A stretch of 17,442 nucleotides of DNA. Origin: an uncultured bacterium (GTDB lineage: Bacteria > Schekmanbacteria > GWA2-38-11 > J061). Position 1 is the first letter of the stretch. Each line of letters starts with the position of its first letter. The notes under the pieces were generated by a model. That model had not been told where the DNA came from, did no database searches, and saw nothing but the letters and a program-made list of their open reading frames with translations. The stretch is from NCBI GenBank assembly GCA_964549305.1, contig CAZJVM010000051.1, positions 1-17,442 of the forward strand. The letters run 5' to 3'. Made by a program: the position numbers and the translations under genes. Of the stretch, positions 7,490 through 16,380 are shown one piece after another.

Positions 7490-7690
7490 TTAAGAAATAT
7501 ATCCCAAACCCTGAAGTTTTTTCTTTATATCTTCTTCCGAGTCAGAGTCAGACTCCTCAAGTTTTGCGATTTCCTTCTCAATTGTATGGGTAATAAATTC
7601 TTCCGCTGAAGAATAACCTGCAATATCCGCGTATTTTTTCACTTTTGCCAACAAATCCTTATCAAGCTTAATTTTCGATCCGCCAAACAT
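7490..7690 (-). CDS. Small RHH-like protein with C-terminal LxxLGY motif
   Basis: Strong RBS GGAGG. KIKLDKDLLAKVKKYADIAGYSSAEEFITHTIEKE fits a strand-helix-helix pattern. The tail is EEDIKKKLQGLGYIS. Confidence 0.8.
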   Translation of the reverse strand: MFGGSKIKLDKDLLAKVKKYADIAGYSSAEEFITHTIEKEIAKLEESDSDSEEDIKKKLQGLGYIS

Positions 7691-7715
7691 TTTTCATCCT
7701 CCCTGCGATAACAGG

Positions 7716-9695
7716 TTAAAAAATATTGCTTCCAACCATTTCTTTTTTCTTTTCAAATCCGAATTCCGCCAGAAGTGTAGGCGCAATGTCATAAAGAGCC
7801 GGATTTTCTTTCACAATTTTTTTATTGGAAAGGATAATACCCGGCACTTCTTCAGGTGCCATACAGTGGTCTCCGCTCCATTCTTCCATATTATTCGTAA
7901 CCAATTCCTTTGGAAACTTGCCGAGACTCGCTTCCCACGATATCCTGTATTCGCGTGCAAAGCCTAAAAGAATATCAGGAGCATCTTTAACATAAGGGCC
8001 TGAATAGATATCCTCTCTCCTGTAAACCTTTTTAAATACTTTTTTCCCCGTTTTTGCGTCAACAACATTTTCAAGTTTCTCAACAAGCTCATTAACAAGC
8101 TTATCACGCTCTGCGCCGGGTGATACTATGCCGTTTGCCTCTCTGCCGGCAAGGTTGATGTAAAGCCCGTTTAATCCGAGCACATAGGCCTTTGTCCTGC
8201 TCCAGTCTACATTTGCAAACAACTCTTCCTCTCCCTGTTTAGAAGGGTCGATAAGAGTTACATATCCGTTATTCAAAAGCCACGTGTTGATGTTATATGA
8301 ATAATAGAATGGAGCAAAACCGTGGTCGGACATTACGATAAGCGTTGTGTCATCATCAAGTCTTTCTAAAGTATAAGCAAGCACTTCATCCATCTCCTCA
8401 TAGACCTTCTCGAGGACATCGCCGTATTTGTCAAAGGATTCCTGATTGAAAGCGGGATGGTTTTTGTCGTGCTGGCGCCAAAACATATGGGCATTCTGGT
8501 CAGTGCTGGAAAAATAATAGAAAAGAACTCCGCTTTTAAATTGGGAAAGAAGATATCTGTATCCCCTCACTTCCTCTTCGTGGACAAGAGTAATCTGCTT
8601 GATGAATTCACCGTCATCAAATATTCCGCTTGTAAGCGCCTTGGTGTCTTCAGGCATTCCCTGCGTGTAGAAATATCCCACATTGTCGAAAAGCTCTTTT
8701 GAAAAATCGTCAGGCGTGGAAATAGGAAGCGCCGGGTCCTCGGGATTTATGTTTATCGGTGTTATATAAAGTTTAAAATCAGGATGAGCTTCCTTGAGAT
8801 AGATACGGCATATCCCTGAAACTCCCTGTATATAGGGAATAAGGTCAAAATCAATCCGAATCCATTTACTCCATTCACCTTCCTTTAGAAAAATCTCCTC
8901 ATCGGGAAGGACTATCTTCGCCACAGGATTTTCAGGATCTATATGGACAGTAAAATCAACTGTGCTGTCAGGCACGTCTTTTTTGAAAGTGTTTTTCGGA
9001 CCGTATATTTTTGCTTTGACTGTGTTTCTCTTGACATATACTTCGTAAAATTTTCCGCCTGATATTTCGCCGTTTTCCATTTCAGGTTCAACATTGGAAT
9101 AATATGAAAAAGTGCCGTATGTACCGAGCATATCAGGAGTTCCCATTCCGGAAAGTGTTTTGGCTTCGCTTTCAACAGGAGGAAAATTCGATGGAATCAT
9201 ATAGACTGTACAAGGAACGCCCTTTTTCTGAAGAATTTCCCAAAATGAATCTCCGTGCCTTAAAAGCTCGACCTTACCCGACTCAAGAGGAATTACCCAG
9301 TCGCCTATGGTAAAAGTCTTTCCTCCTCCCGTGGTGCGCGATGTGGAAAGATATGGAAAAAGAGTTTTAGGGTCACGATGGACAAAATCGAAAATGCCGT
9401 GTCCTCCGGGATTCATTCCCGTAATGAAATTCGACCACGCGACGGGAGACTGCGGGGGGTTTGATGTCTGCAAATTCTTGAATGTACCTTCCGATGCAAG
9501 CTTTACAAAAGTAGGCATTCTTCCCTCATCCATCATTTTACCGAGAATTTGAGGGTCCATGCCGTCAAATCCCAGTATGAGCACTTTTTTCTTTGTAGCA
9601 ACTGCCTGCTTATCTGAACAACCCGGAGTAAAAACAACAGATGTCATTAGCACGGCAAATACTAATAAGCTCAATATTTTTCCTGTCTTATTCAA
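7716..9695 (-). CDS. AlkP-superfamily (NPP/COG3379-like) protein #4, probable lipoprotein
   Basis: Motifs LGFDG, PPQSPVAW (putative Ser nucleophile), HGIFDF, TDQNAH, SDHG and WSGDH. The N-terminal hydrophobic signal ends in TPG-C26, an atypical lipobox. TTG start. Confidence 0.9.
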   Translation of the reverse strand: MNKTGKILSLLVFAVLMTSVVFTPGCSDKQAVATKKKVLILGFDGMDPQILGKMMDEGRMPTFVKLASEGTFKNLQTSNPPQSPVAWSNFITGMNPGGHGIFDFVHRDPKTLFPYLSTSRTTGGGKTFTIGDWVIPLESGKVELLRHGDSFWEILQKKGVPCTVYMIPSNFPPVESEAKTLSGMGTPDMLGTYGTFSYYSNVEPEMENGEISGGKFYEVYVKRNTVKAKIYGPKNTFKKDVPDSTVDFTVHIDPENPVAKIVLPDEEIFLKEGEWSKWIRIDFDLIPYIQGVSGICRIYLKEAHPDFKLYITPININPEDPALPISTPDDFSKELFDNVGYFYTQGMPEDTKALTSGIFDDGEFIKQITLVHEEEVRGYRYLLSQFKSGVLFYYFSSTDQNAHMFWRQHDKNHPAFNQESFDKYGDVLEKVYEEMDEVLAYTLERLDDDTTLIVMSDHGFAPFYYSYNINTWLLNNGYVTLIDPSKQGEEELFANVDWSRTKAYVLGLNGLYINLAGREANGIVSPGAERDKLVNELVEKLENVVDAKTGKKVFKKVYRREDIYSGPYVKDAPDILLGFAREYRISWEASLGKFPKELVTNNMEEWSGDHCMAPEEVPGIILSNKKIVKENPALYDIAPTLLAEFGFEKKKEMVGSNIF

Positions 9696-9719
9696 ACTTT
9701 GTCTGCCTCTTTTACAATT

Positions 9720-11855
9720 TTAAAAATTATTAATCAGCGGTTTGCCCTGCATATATGCCGGTATGTCTATTCCGTAAAGCTTAAGCACCGTAGGACCTAT
9801 GTCCATTATGGAAGGCGCTTCGGCGTCAACCTTTTTATTGCTGAAAAGAATTCCCGGCGCGCATCTCGGGTCAATGCAGTGGTCTCCGCTCCAACTCTTC
9901 GTGTTGTCCTCTATAACCTTGTCCGTGCATTTACCCACTGCCGCTTCCCACGATGTCCTGTAACCTACATTGAATCCGATGAAAAGGTCAGGTCCGTTTC
10001 CGGCATAAGGCCCGCTGAAAAGCTCCGCATTGTCAAAAAGTTTGTTAATCGCAATCTCATCACATTCTTCATCTTTAAAATGATCAAGTTTCTCTGACAA
10101 TTCTTTTTTGAGATTTTCATATTCTTCCCCCGGTTCCACAATCCCCTGTCCTTCTCTTCCCTTGAGGTTTATATACACTCCACCAAGGCCAAATGTGTAT
10201 GCCTTTGTCTTTGACCAGTCAACATCCTGAAACCATTCTCCGCCTGTTCCTGAATTCTTGAAATGCATATAGCCATTTTCATAAAACCATGTATTTAAAT
10301 TCACACATCTTCTGAAAGATTTAAACCCGTGGTCTGAGATTACCATCAATACATCCTTCTCACCCACCTTTTCAATTGTCTTTCCCACAAGTTCATCCAT
10401 CTTCCTGTACATATCTTCGATGGAGTTTTTGTGTTTCTCCGTATCCTTGTCCCTGTTTGCGGGATGTTTATCATCTATATAGCGGAAAAACATATGCTGT
10501 ATTCTGTCTGAGGTATCAAAAACGCAGGCAACCATTCCCTTTTGAGTCTTATCGATGGCATTGAAAAACATATCTTCTCTCTCTTCCTGATGCTTGTATG
10601 CCTGTCCCAGGAATGCCTCTTCGTCAATCACCCTTTCATTAAGCGCCCATGTATCCTCGGCAAGTCCCAGTGTCGCGTAACGTCCCTGCATCTTAGAAAG
10701 ATATACCGAATAGAAAAGCGGATGAGAGATAGGCATTGCCGGGTTATCGGGGTCGATATTTATCGGTGTTATGTAAAAATTAAATTCCGGTGAAACAGAC
10801 CTAAGAAGAAAACGGCATATGCCCTGCACCTTTATTCCGAGACCTGCACTGAATACAACGGGTGTCCATCCCGTATATTCGCCCTTTTTAAGCTTGATTG
10901 TTTCATCGGGAAGTTTCAGGGTTGCTTCATTGTCATTGATTATTTCAACAGTAAAAGGAATCCTCATTTCCCCGCCTTCCTTAAGGAGAGAATTTTCAGG
11001 ACCCTTGATATGACTCTTGACGATATTTCCGTTCTTTTCCACCAGAACGCGGACACCGCCTGTATGCTTGCCCACTGAATTCTTGTCGGTTGTGTAGAAG
11101 GTAAAGGACCCCTGCGTTCCCTTCAGGTCAGGCACGCACATTCCGGAAATAGAAACGCCGTTGAATTTCTCCGGCGGAAAGGTAATGGGCACCCGAAGCG
11201 CCGAGCTGAATAAATGGTTATCTCCCAATATTTTCCAGAATGGCTGGCTTTTCCTTAAAAGCGTAATCTCCGGTTTTCCTATGGGAACGTTGTATTTCCC
11301 GAGCTTAATAGTCCTTTTCGCGTTACCAATGTGTACAGAAGAAATATCGGGCAGATATGTCCTTACATCCCTTTTTAAAAAATCAAAAATATTATGCCTT
11401 GACGGGTCAACTCCCGTAATGAAAGATGACCAGGCAACGGGCGACATTGCCGGATATGTTGTTCTCAGAGGCGAAAATGAACCTTCTTCTTTCAACTTTG
11501 AAAAATTGGGGAGTTTCCCCTCGTTCATATATTTTGTGGCAAGAGCGGGGTCAAGTCCGTCAAGTCCCAGCACAATCACTTTCTCCGTATCTGTTTTTAC
11601 TCCGCTTCTTTTCTTTATGAATGTCCTTATGATAAACCTCACAGGCCAGGCAAGAATAGAAAGGAACGCGAGAAGAAAAGTTACGAAGAGGACGAAAAAG
11701 CTTGAAATAAAAGCAAATCCCGCACCGGGTCCTATATAGGCATCTGCATTTGACGCAAATGAAAAAATTAGAATGCCGAACACAGCAACTCTGAAAAAGG
11801 AGTCCGAAGCAAATCTATATTTCAAACTTTTTTTAATCTGCAAAATTATTTTCAC
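9720..11855 (-). CDS. AlkP-superfamily (NPP/COG3379-like) protein #3, membrane-anchored
   Basis: Motifs LGLDG, PAMSPVAW, HNIFDF, SDRIQH, SDHG and WSGDH. The N-terminus is signal-like, ends in ADA, and is followed by YIGPGAG, a TM helix and a basic stretch. GTG start is uncertain. Confidence 0.9.
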   Translation of the reverse strand: MKIILQIKKSLKYRFASDSFFRVAVFGILIFSFASNADAYIGPGAGFAFISSFFVLFVTFLLAFLSILAWPVRFIIRTFIKKRSGVKTDTEKVIVLGLDGLDPALATKYMNEGKLPNFSKLKEEGSFSPLRTTYPAMSPVAWSSFITGVDPSRHNIFDFLKRDVRTYLPDISSVHIGNAKRTIKLGKYNVPIGKPEITLLRKSQPFWKILGDNHLFSSALRVPITFPPEKFNGVSISGMCVPDLKGTQGSFTFYTTDKNSVGKHTGGVRVLVEKNGNIVKSHIKGPENSLLKEGGEMRIPFTVEIINDNEATLKLPDETIKLKKGEYTGWTPVVFSAGLGIKVQGICRFLLRSVSPEFNFYITPINIDPDNPAMPISHPLFYSVYLSKMQGRYATLGLAEDTWALNERVIDEEAFLGQAYKHQEEREDMFFNAIDKTQKGMVACVFDTSDRIQHMFFRYIDDKHPANRDKDTEKHKNSIEDMYRKMDELVGKTIEKVGEKDVLMVISDHGFKSFRRCVNLNTWFYENGYMHFKNSGTGGEWFQDVDWSKTKAYTFGLGGVYINLKGREGQGIVEPGEEYENLKKELSEKLDHFKDEECDEIAINKLFDNAELFSGPYAGNGPDLFIGFNVGYRTSWEAAVGKCTDKVIEDNTKSWSGDHCIDPRCAPGILFSNKKVDAEAPSIMDIGPTVLKLYGIDIPAYMQGKPLINNF

Positions 11856-11861
11856 TAACCG

Positions 11862-13169
11862 TTAATATGTTTTTAAAATAATATCGGAAACATCGGTGAT
11901 ATGCATATCGTCCTTCTCTTTGCCGAATGACCAGAAAAAAGCGTCATCCCAGGTATGCATTCCGCATAAAACGGTACGGCCGAAAAGCTCCTTCTTCTTG
12001 ACCGACCCCTTGAGGTCAAATCCCCGATTGGAAAGAACTACCATATCAGGAGCATTGTCAAAACAGGAACCGCTGTAAATATCCTCTTTAAAAAAAACCT
12101 TATCTACAACCTTCTTGCCGTTATATTCCAAAGTCTCCAGTTTTCCCTTTATCTGTGAGCGAATCGCATCGCCTTCACCCTTGTCAACGGTACCGCGAGG
12201 GTATTTATCTCTGTAGTTAATGTAAATTCTGCCGGGGTCAAGAATAAATGCCTTCGTATCATCGGAAATATCCGCGACCGTATCAGGTGAATCTTTTTTA
12301 TAACTTATGATGCCTTCCTTTTCAAGGAAATTGTTCAGATAAACCTCCTGCTCTATTCCCGTGAATCCGTGGTCTGAAAGGAGTATGAACTGATTTCCGC
12401 TTTCACCGTCTCCCGCAATATCGAGAAACCGTCCGTACACATCTTTAACAAAGCTGTCAACAGCATTATAGTAATCGAGGAATGCCTGATGATATTTATG
12501 ATTAGTATCCACAAGCGCATCCCACAAAAAATGCTGAAGGCGGTCGGTACTTGTCACTATAAGCTCGAAATAATCCCAGTCCTGAGTTTTCCAGAAAAGG
12601 TCAAGTGCCTTTTTTCTTCCCTCGAGCGTGGAGTAAAGTTCCTTAATAAGAAAATCGTGGTCTTCACGCGCTTTCATTGTATCCACATCTATTTTGTATC
12701 CCAGTCCTTCAAGCTGTGAAATTACGGCAAGGGGATAAACTGCTTTCTTGATGTTAATCGCGACAAAACCCGAAACCATAACTCCGTTCATCGGTCTTGC
12801 GGGATATGTTGACGGCTGATTTACCACAACACTTCTTTTGCCGTCTGCTTTGAGCTTATCCCATATTGTGGGCGCCTTCAGGTCGGAATACTGCGGAAAA
12901 ACCATATCATAAGTGCCGGGATTTAAATCCATAAAGCCGAAAATGCCATGCTCCGCGGGATTTACTCCCGTCATAAAAGAGGACCAGCTTACCGATGAAA
13001 TCTCGGGAAGCGTCACCTTCATCTGCTGAAGATTCCCCTCACCTCTAAGCTTTGACATAAAGGGCATAACCCCTTCATCGGCAAATTGTTGAATGAGTGA
13101 GTAAGGCGAACCGTCAAGCCCTATTACGCAGCACCTTTTCTTCTTCTTTTTCTTAAAAAAGAAAGCCAA
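11862..13169 (-). CDS. AlkP-superfamily (NPP/COG3379-like) protein #2, no signal peptide
   Basis: Motifs IGLDG, PEISSVSW, HGIFGF, TDRLQH, SDHG and GMH. TTG start with GGGAGG RBS. Confidence 0.9.
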   Translation of the reverse strand: MAFFFKKKKKKRCCVIGLDGSPYSLIQQFADEGVMPFMSKLRGEGNLQQMKVTLPEISSVSWSSFMTGVNPAEHGIFGFMDLNPGTYDMVFPQYSDLKAPTIWDKLKADGKRSVVVNQPSTYPARPMNGVMVSGFVAINIKKAVYPLAVISQLEGLGYKIDVDTMKAREDHDFLIKELYSTLEGRKKALDLFWKTQDWDYFELIVTSTDRLQHFLWDALVDTNHKYHQAFLDYYNAVDSFVKDVYGRFLDIAGDGESGNQFILLSDHGFTGIEQEVYLNNFLEKEGIISYKKDSPDTVADISDDTKAFILDPGRIYINYRDKYPRGTVDKGEGDAIRSQIKGKLETLEYNGKKVVDKVFFKEDIYSGSCFDNAPDMVVLSNRGFDLKGSVKKKELFGRTVLCGMHTWDDAFFWSFGKEKDDMHITDVSDIILKTY

Positions 13170-13185
13170 CGAAAAATCCTCCCTT

Positions 13186-13785
13186 TTAAATGTAACCGAG
13201 GTCTTTTAGTCTCTGCTTTACTTCATCTTCCTCGTCGTCTGAATACTCCGATTCCCCTGTTTCAGGAATGAGCTTCATTAATTCGAGAGTCCTGATAATT
13301 TTCTTAACGCTTTCTTCTTCTGATTCCTTTGAAGTGTCAACTACAACTTCGGCATTTTCCGGCTCTTCATAGGGGTCATCGACACCGGTGAAGTTTTTTA
13401 TTTCGCCTTTAATCGCTTTCGCATAAAGCCCTTTCACATCTCTTTCGGTCAATGTTTCAAGAGGGCATTTGCAGTAAATTTCAACATAGTCCTTGATCAT
13501 CTGGCGGTTTTCGTCTCTTACTGCCGTGTAGGGAGAAATTGCCGCGGCAATCGCAACGACGCCGTTTCTTGTGAGAAGGTTGCACACAAAACCGATGCGC
13601 CGGATGTTGATGTCCCTGTCTTCCTTTGAAAATCCAAGTCCCTTGCTGAGGTTTGTCCTTACGATATCGGCATCTAATACTTCAACCTTCGCTCCCCTCT
13701 CAAGGAGAATAGCTTCAACTTCTCTTGCAAGCGTGGTTTTTCCCGAACCCGAAAGCCCCGTAAACCAAAGTGTAAATCCTTTCAT
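13186..13785 (-). CDS. cysC: Adenylyl-sulfate (APS) kinase with C-terminal LxxLGY extension
   Basis: WFTGLSGSGKTT P-loop, LGFSKEDRDINIRRIG, ISPY and RDVKGLYAKA...FTGVDDPYEEP. Confidence 0.97.
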   Translation of the reverse strand: MKGFTLWFTGLSGSGKTTLAREVEAILLERGAKVEVLDADIVRTNLSKGLGFSKEDRDINIRRIGFVCNLLTRNGVVAIAAAISPYTAVRDENRQMIKDYVEIYCKCPLETLTERDVKGLYAKAIKGEIKNFTGVDDPYEEPENAEVVVDTSKESEEESVKKIIRTLELMKLIPETGESEYSDDEEDEVKQRLKDLGYI

Positions 13786-13814
13786 TATTTTTCCTCCGAT
13801 TTTTCAGATTTTTT

Positions 13815-15191
13815 TTAAATAATTGGCTTGCCTATCATATTTTCAGGGATATCTATCCCATAAAATTTCAAAATGGAAGGTGCAATGTCATAAATCGAAA
13901 CATCCCTTTCCTTTTCAGTCCATTCCCTGCCCGGTATTTTCCACACGAAAATTCCTTCCTGCGCGTGGTTTGCGTCATCGGGACCCGTGTCGTTTTCATA
14001 GATGTGAATACAGCCCGTGCCAACTGAGCCCGCCGAGCGCCAGTCAAGGTTTCCCGGATAAAGAATCAGGTCGGGCGCTATGTTGTTGCATTCTTTATAA
14101 ACATCCTCAGGCCTGAAAACACGGTTATTAATCGACTTACCGTTTTCATCAGTCATCGCTTCAAGTTTTGCAATAAGCTGAGTCCTGAAAGATTCATATT
14201 CCTCGGAAGGAATAACTCCCTGCGGTTCGCGTCCCTTTACATTGAAGAATATTCTCGAATAGTAACCGCCTTCACCCCAGCAGCTTGTCTTCTCCCAGTC
14301 AATCATATCCATTTTAAGCTTCGTCTGTTTTGCGGGCTTTTCCTTGAGAGTGAGAAACCCTTCCCGCTGAAACCACTCATTGATGCAGATAGCGCCGTGC
14401 ATTGTCTTTGCGCCGTGGTCGGAAACGAGAATAACCGATGTATCTTCGCCTATTACTTTCAGCGTTTCGCCTATTTCCCTGTCAATTTCTTTGTAATAAT
14501 CCTTTATGGCGTTTTCATACTTGTTTCCCGGCTCGTAAAGACGGTGTTCCTTGTCAAAGTATCTCCAGAATCCGTGATGAATCCTGTCGATTCCCATCTC
14601 GACCATCATGGCAAAATCAAAATCCTTTTGCACAAAATGCCTGAATGCCTTGAAACGGCTTTCCGTCATTTCATATATTGCCTTTAAAAGTTTATCCTTG
14701 TCGTCAGTTCTGAAATCATCGACATCTATTATGTAATTGCCGCCTGCCGCGCTGTCCACTTCCGCCTTTACCTCATCGGGCCACGTATATTGGGCATCCT
14801 TGTTGGGAGTGAGGAAGCTTGCCACAAGCATACCGTTGAGGGGCTTGGGAGGGTAAGTCTGAGGCACTCCGAAAACAAGCGAACTCATACGGTTTCTTGA
14901 AAGATAATTCCAAAGTGTCTTTGCCTTGACATAATTCGCGTTTGCAAAATAGAGGTCATCGTATCCGTAGGACTTTCTGTTTCTGAAACCGTAAAACCCC
15001 AGCATTCCCGGATCCTGCGATGTCATCATTGCAGTCCAGGCGGGCACTGTAATGGGCGGAATTGTGGAAACCATCTTTCCGTGCATTCCTTCGTCCACAA
15101 TCGACTTGATATTGGGAAGCTCATCGAGCCAGTCGCCGAAAACCAACTGAGGCGTTGCACAGTCAAGGCCAATAATAACTAATTTTGCCAT
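13815..15191 (-). CDS. AlkP-superfamily (NPP/COG3379-like) protein #1, cytoplasmic
   Basis: Motifs IGLDCA, STIPPITVPAW (putative Thr nucleophile), LGFYGFRNR, IDRIHH, SDHG and DTGPDDANH. No signal peptide; GAGG RBS. Confidence 0.9.
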   Translation of the reverse strand: MAKLVIIGLDCATPQLVFGDWLDELPNIKSIVDEGMHGKMVSTIPPITVPAWTAMMTSQDPGMLGFYGFRNRKSYGYDDLYFANANYVKAKTLWNYLSRNRMSSLVFGVPQTYPPKPLNGMLVASFLTPNKDAQYTWPDEVKAEVDSAAGGNYIIDVDDFRTDDKDKLLKAIYEMTESRFKAFRHFVQKDFDFAMMVEMGIDRIHHGFWRYFDKEHRLYEPGNKYENAIKDYYKEIDREIGETLKVIGEDTSVILVSDHGAKTMHGAICINEWFQREGFLTLKEKPAKQTKLKMDMIDWEKTSCWGEGGYYSRIFFNVKGREPQGVIPSEEYESFRTQLIAKLEAMTDENGKSINNRVFRPEDVYKECNNIAPDLILYPGNLDWRSAGSVGTGCIHIYENDTGPDDANHAQEGIFVWKIPGREWTEKERDVSIYDIAPSILKFYGIDIPENMIGKPII

Positions 15192-15209
15192 AATTAACCT
15201 CTCTCCCTA

Positions 15210-16352
15210 TTAAGAATTTTTCATACTTTTAACAAGAACTTCTGCAACCTCAGGTCTTGTAAATTCTGCCGGCGGTTTTTCTCCTGCTCTTAACATTTCT
15301 CTCACCTTTGTGCCACTCAAGAAAACGTGGTCTTCATTGGAATGAGGGCAGGTTTTCGTGGATGCCATGTTGCCGCACTTTGTGCAGAAAAAGGCATGTT
15401 CAAAGAAGAGAGGCGTAATGTCAATCTCCTCAGGGCTGAAATCATTGAAAATCAGCTGAGCGTCATAAGTGCCGTAGTAGTTGCCTACGCCTGCGTGGTC
15501 ACGACCGACTATAAAATGCGTGCATCCGTAATTTTTCCTCACAATGGCGTGAAATATCGCCTCGGAAGGTCCTGCATAGCGCATTGCCGCGGGAAATACC
15601 GAAATTGCCACCCTGTCATCGGGATAATAGTTTTTGAGCAGGGTTTCGTAACATTCCCAGCGCACTTCTCCGGAAATATCATCACCTTTCGTTGCACCCA
15701 TAAGAGGATGAATGAGCAGGGCATCAACTATTTCCAGAGCGCATTTCTGAAGATATTCGTGAGCCCTGTGAATTGGATTTCTTGTCTGAAATGCCGTTAT
15801 AGTCTTCCATCCTTTTTCCTCGAAAAGCTTTCTCGTCTGCGCGGGCTCGAGGCGAAATTCGTGAAAATCAGCGTGATTCGGCTTTTCAAGCAAGGTTATC
15901 TTTCCGCCTATATATGAGTCGCCGATTGAATCGAGATAGGCAACACCGGGATGCGCCTTATCGGTTGTCCTTAAAACGGCCTGCGCCTCCTTCTCCTTGT
16001 CAAAAGAAAACTTGTCCTCAACTTCCATTATGGCAAGGGGTTTTCCGTTTTCGCAAAGAGCAACTTCCGTGCCGGTTTGTATATCGTCTCCGTCCTTTGC
16101 CGAAAGCACCACGGGGATTGTCCAAACAGGCCCCGTTGACAGATGCCTGTCACTGATTATGGAATTGTAATCCTTTGATGTCATAAAGCCTTCAAGAGGG
16201 CTCAATGCGCCTGTGGCAATCATTTCGAGGTCGCTTGTTTCCCTTTCGTTAAGGGCAATCTTTTTCAGTCCCTGCGCCTTCTCTTTCAAATTGTCCACAT
16301 TGCTGTTATCGGCAACCCTGTTAATCAGCGTGCCGCCATGAGGTTTAATCAT
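15210..16352 (-). CDS. sat: Sulfate adenylyltransferase (ATP sulfurylase, Sat type)
   Basis: PHGGTL, SPLEGFM, AFQTRNPIHRAHE, MRYAGP, RKNYGCTHFIVGRDHAGVG, Zn-site CTKC...CPH and SGTKVR. Confidence 0.98.
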   Translation of the reverse strand: MIKPHGGTLINRVADNSNVDNLKEKAQGLKKIALNERETSDLEMIATGALSPLEGFMTSKDYNSIISDRHLSTGPVWTIPVVLSAKDGDDIQTGTEVALCENGKPLAIMEVEDKFSFDKEKEAQAVLRTTDKAHPGVAYLDSIGDSYIGGKITLLEKPNHADFHEFRLEPAQTRKLFEEKGWKTITAFQTRNPIHRAHEYLQKCALEIVDALLIHPLMGATKGDDISGEVRWECYETLLKNYYPDDRVAISVFPAAMRYAGPSEAIFHAIVRKNYGCTHFIVGRDHAGVGNYYGTYDAQLIFNDFSPEEIDITPLFFEHAFFCTKCGNMASTKTCPHSNEDHVFLSGTKVREMLRAGEKPPAEFTRPEVAEVLVKSMKNS

Positions 16353-16380
16353 TCTATCTTCTCCCAGGTTTAAAAATGGT

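Noticed and set aside
7716-15191. Annotating the four AlkP proteins as classical sulfatases
   Set aside because: None has the [CS]xPxR formylglycine motif, and no formylglycine-generating or anaerobic sulfatase-maturating enzyme is present in the window.
13186-16352. Assimilatory or dissimilatory sulfate reduction operon
   Set aside because: No cysH, cysIJ/sir, aprAB, qmo or dsr genes are in the window; they could exist elsewhere in the genome.
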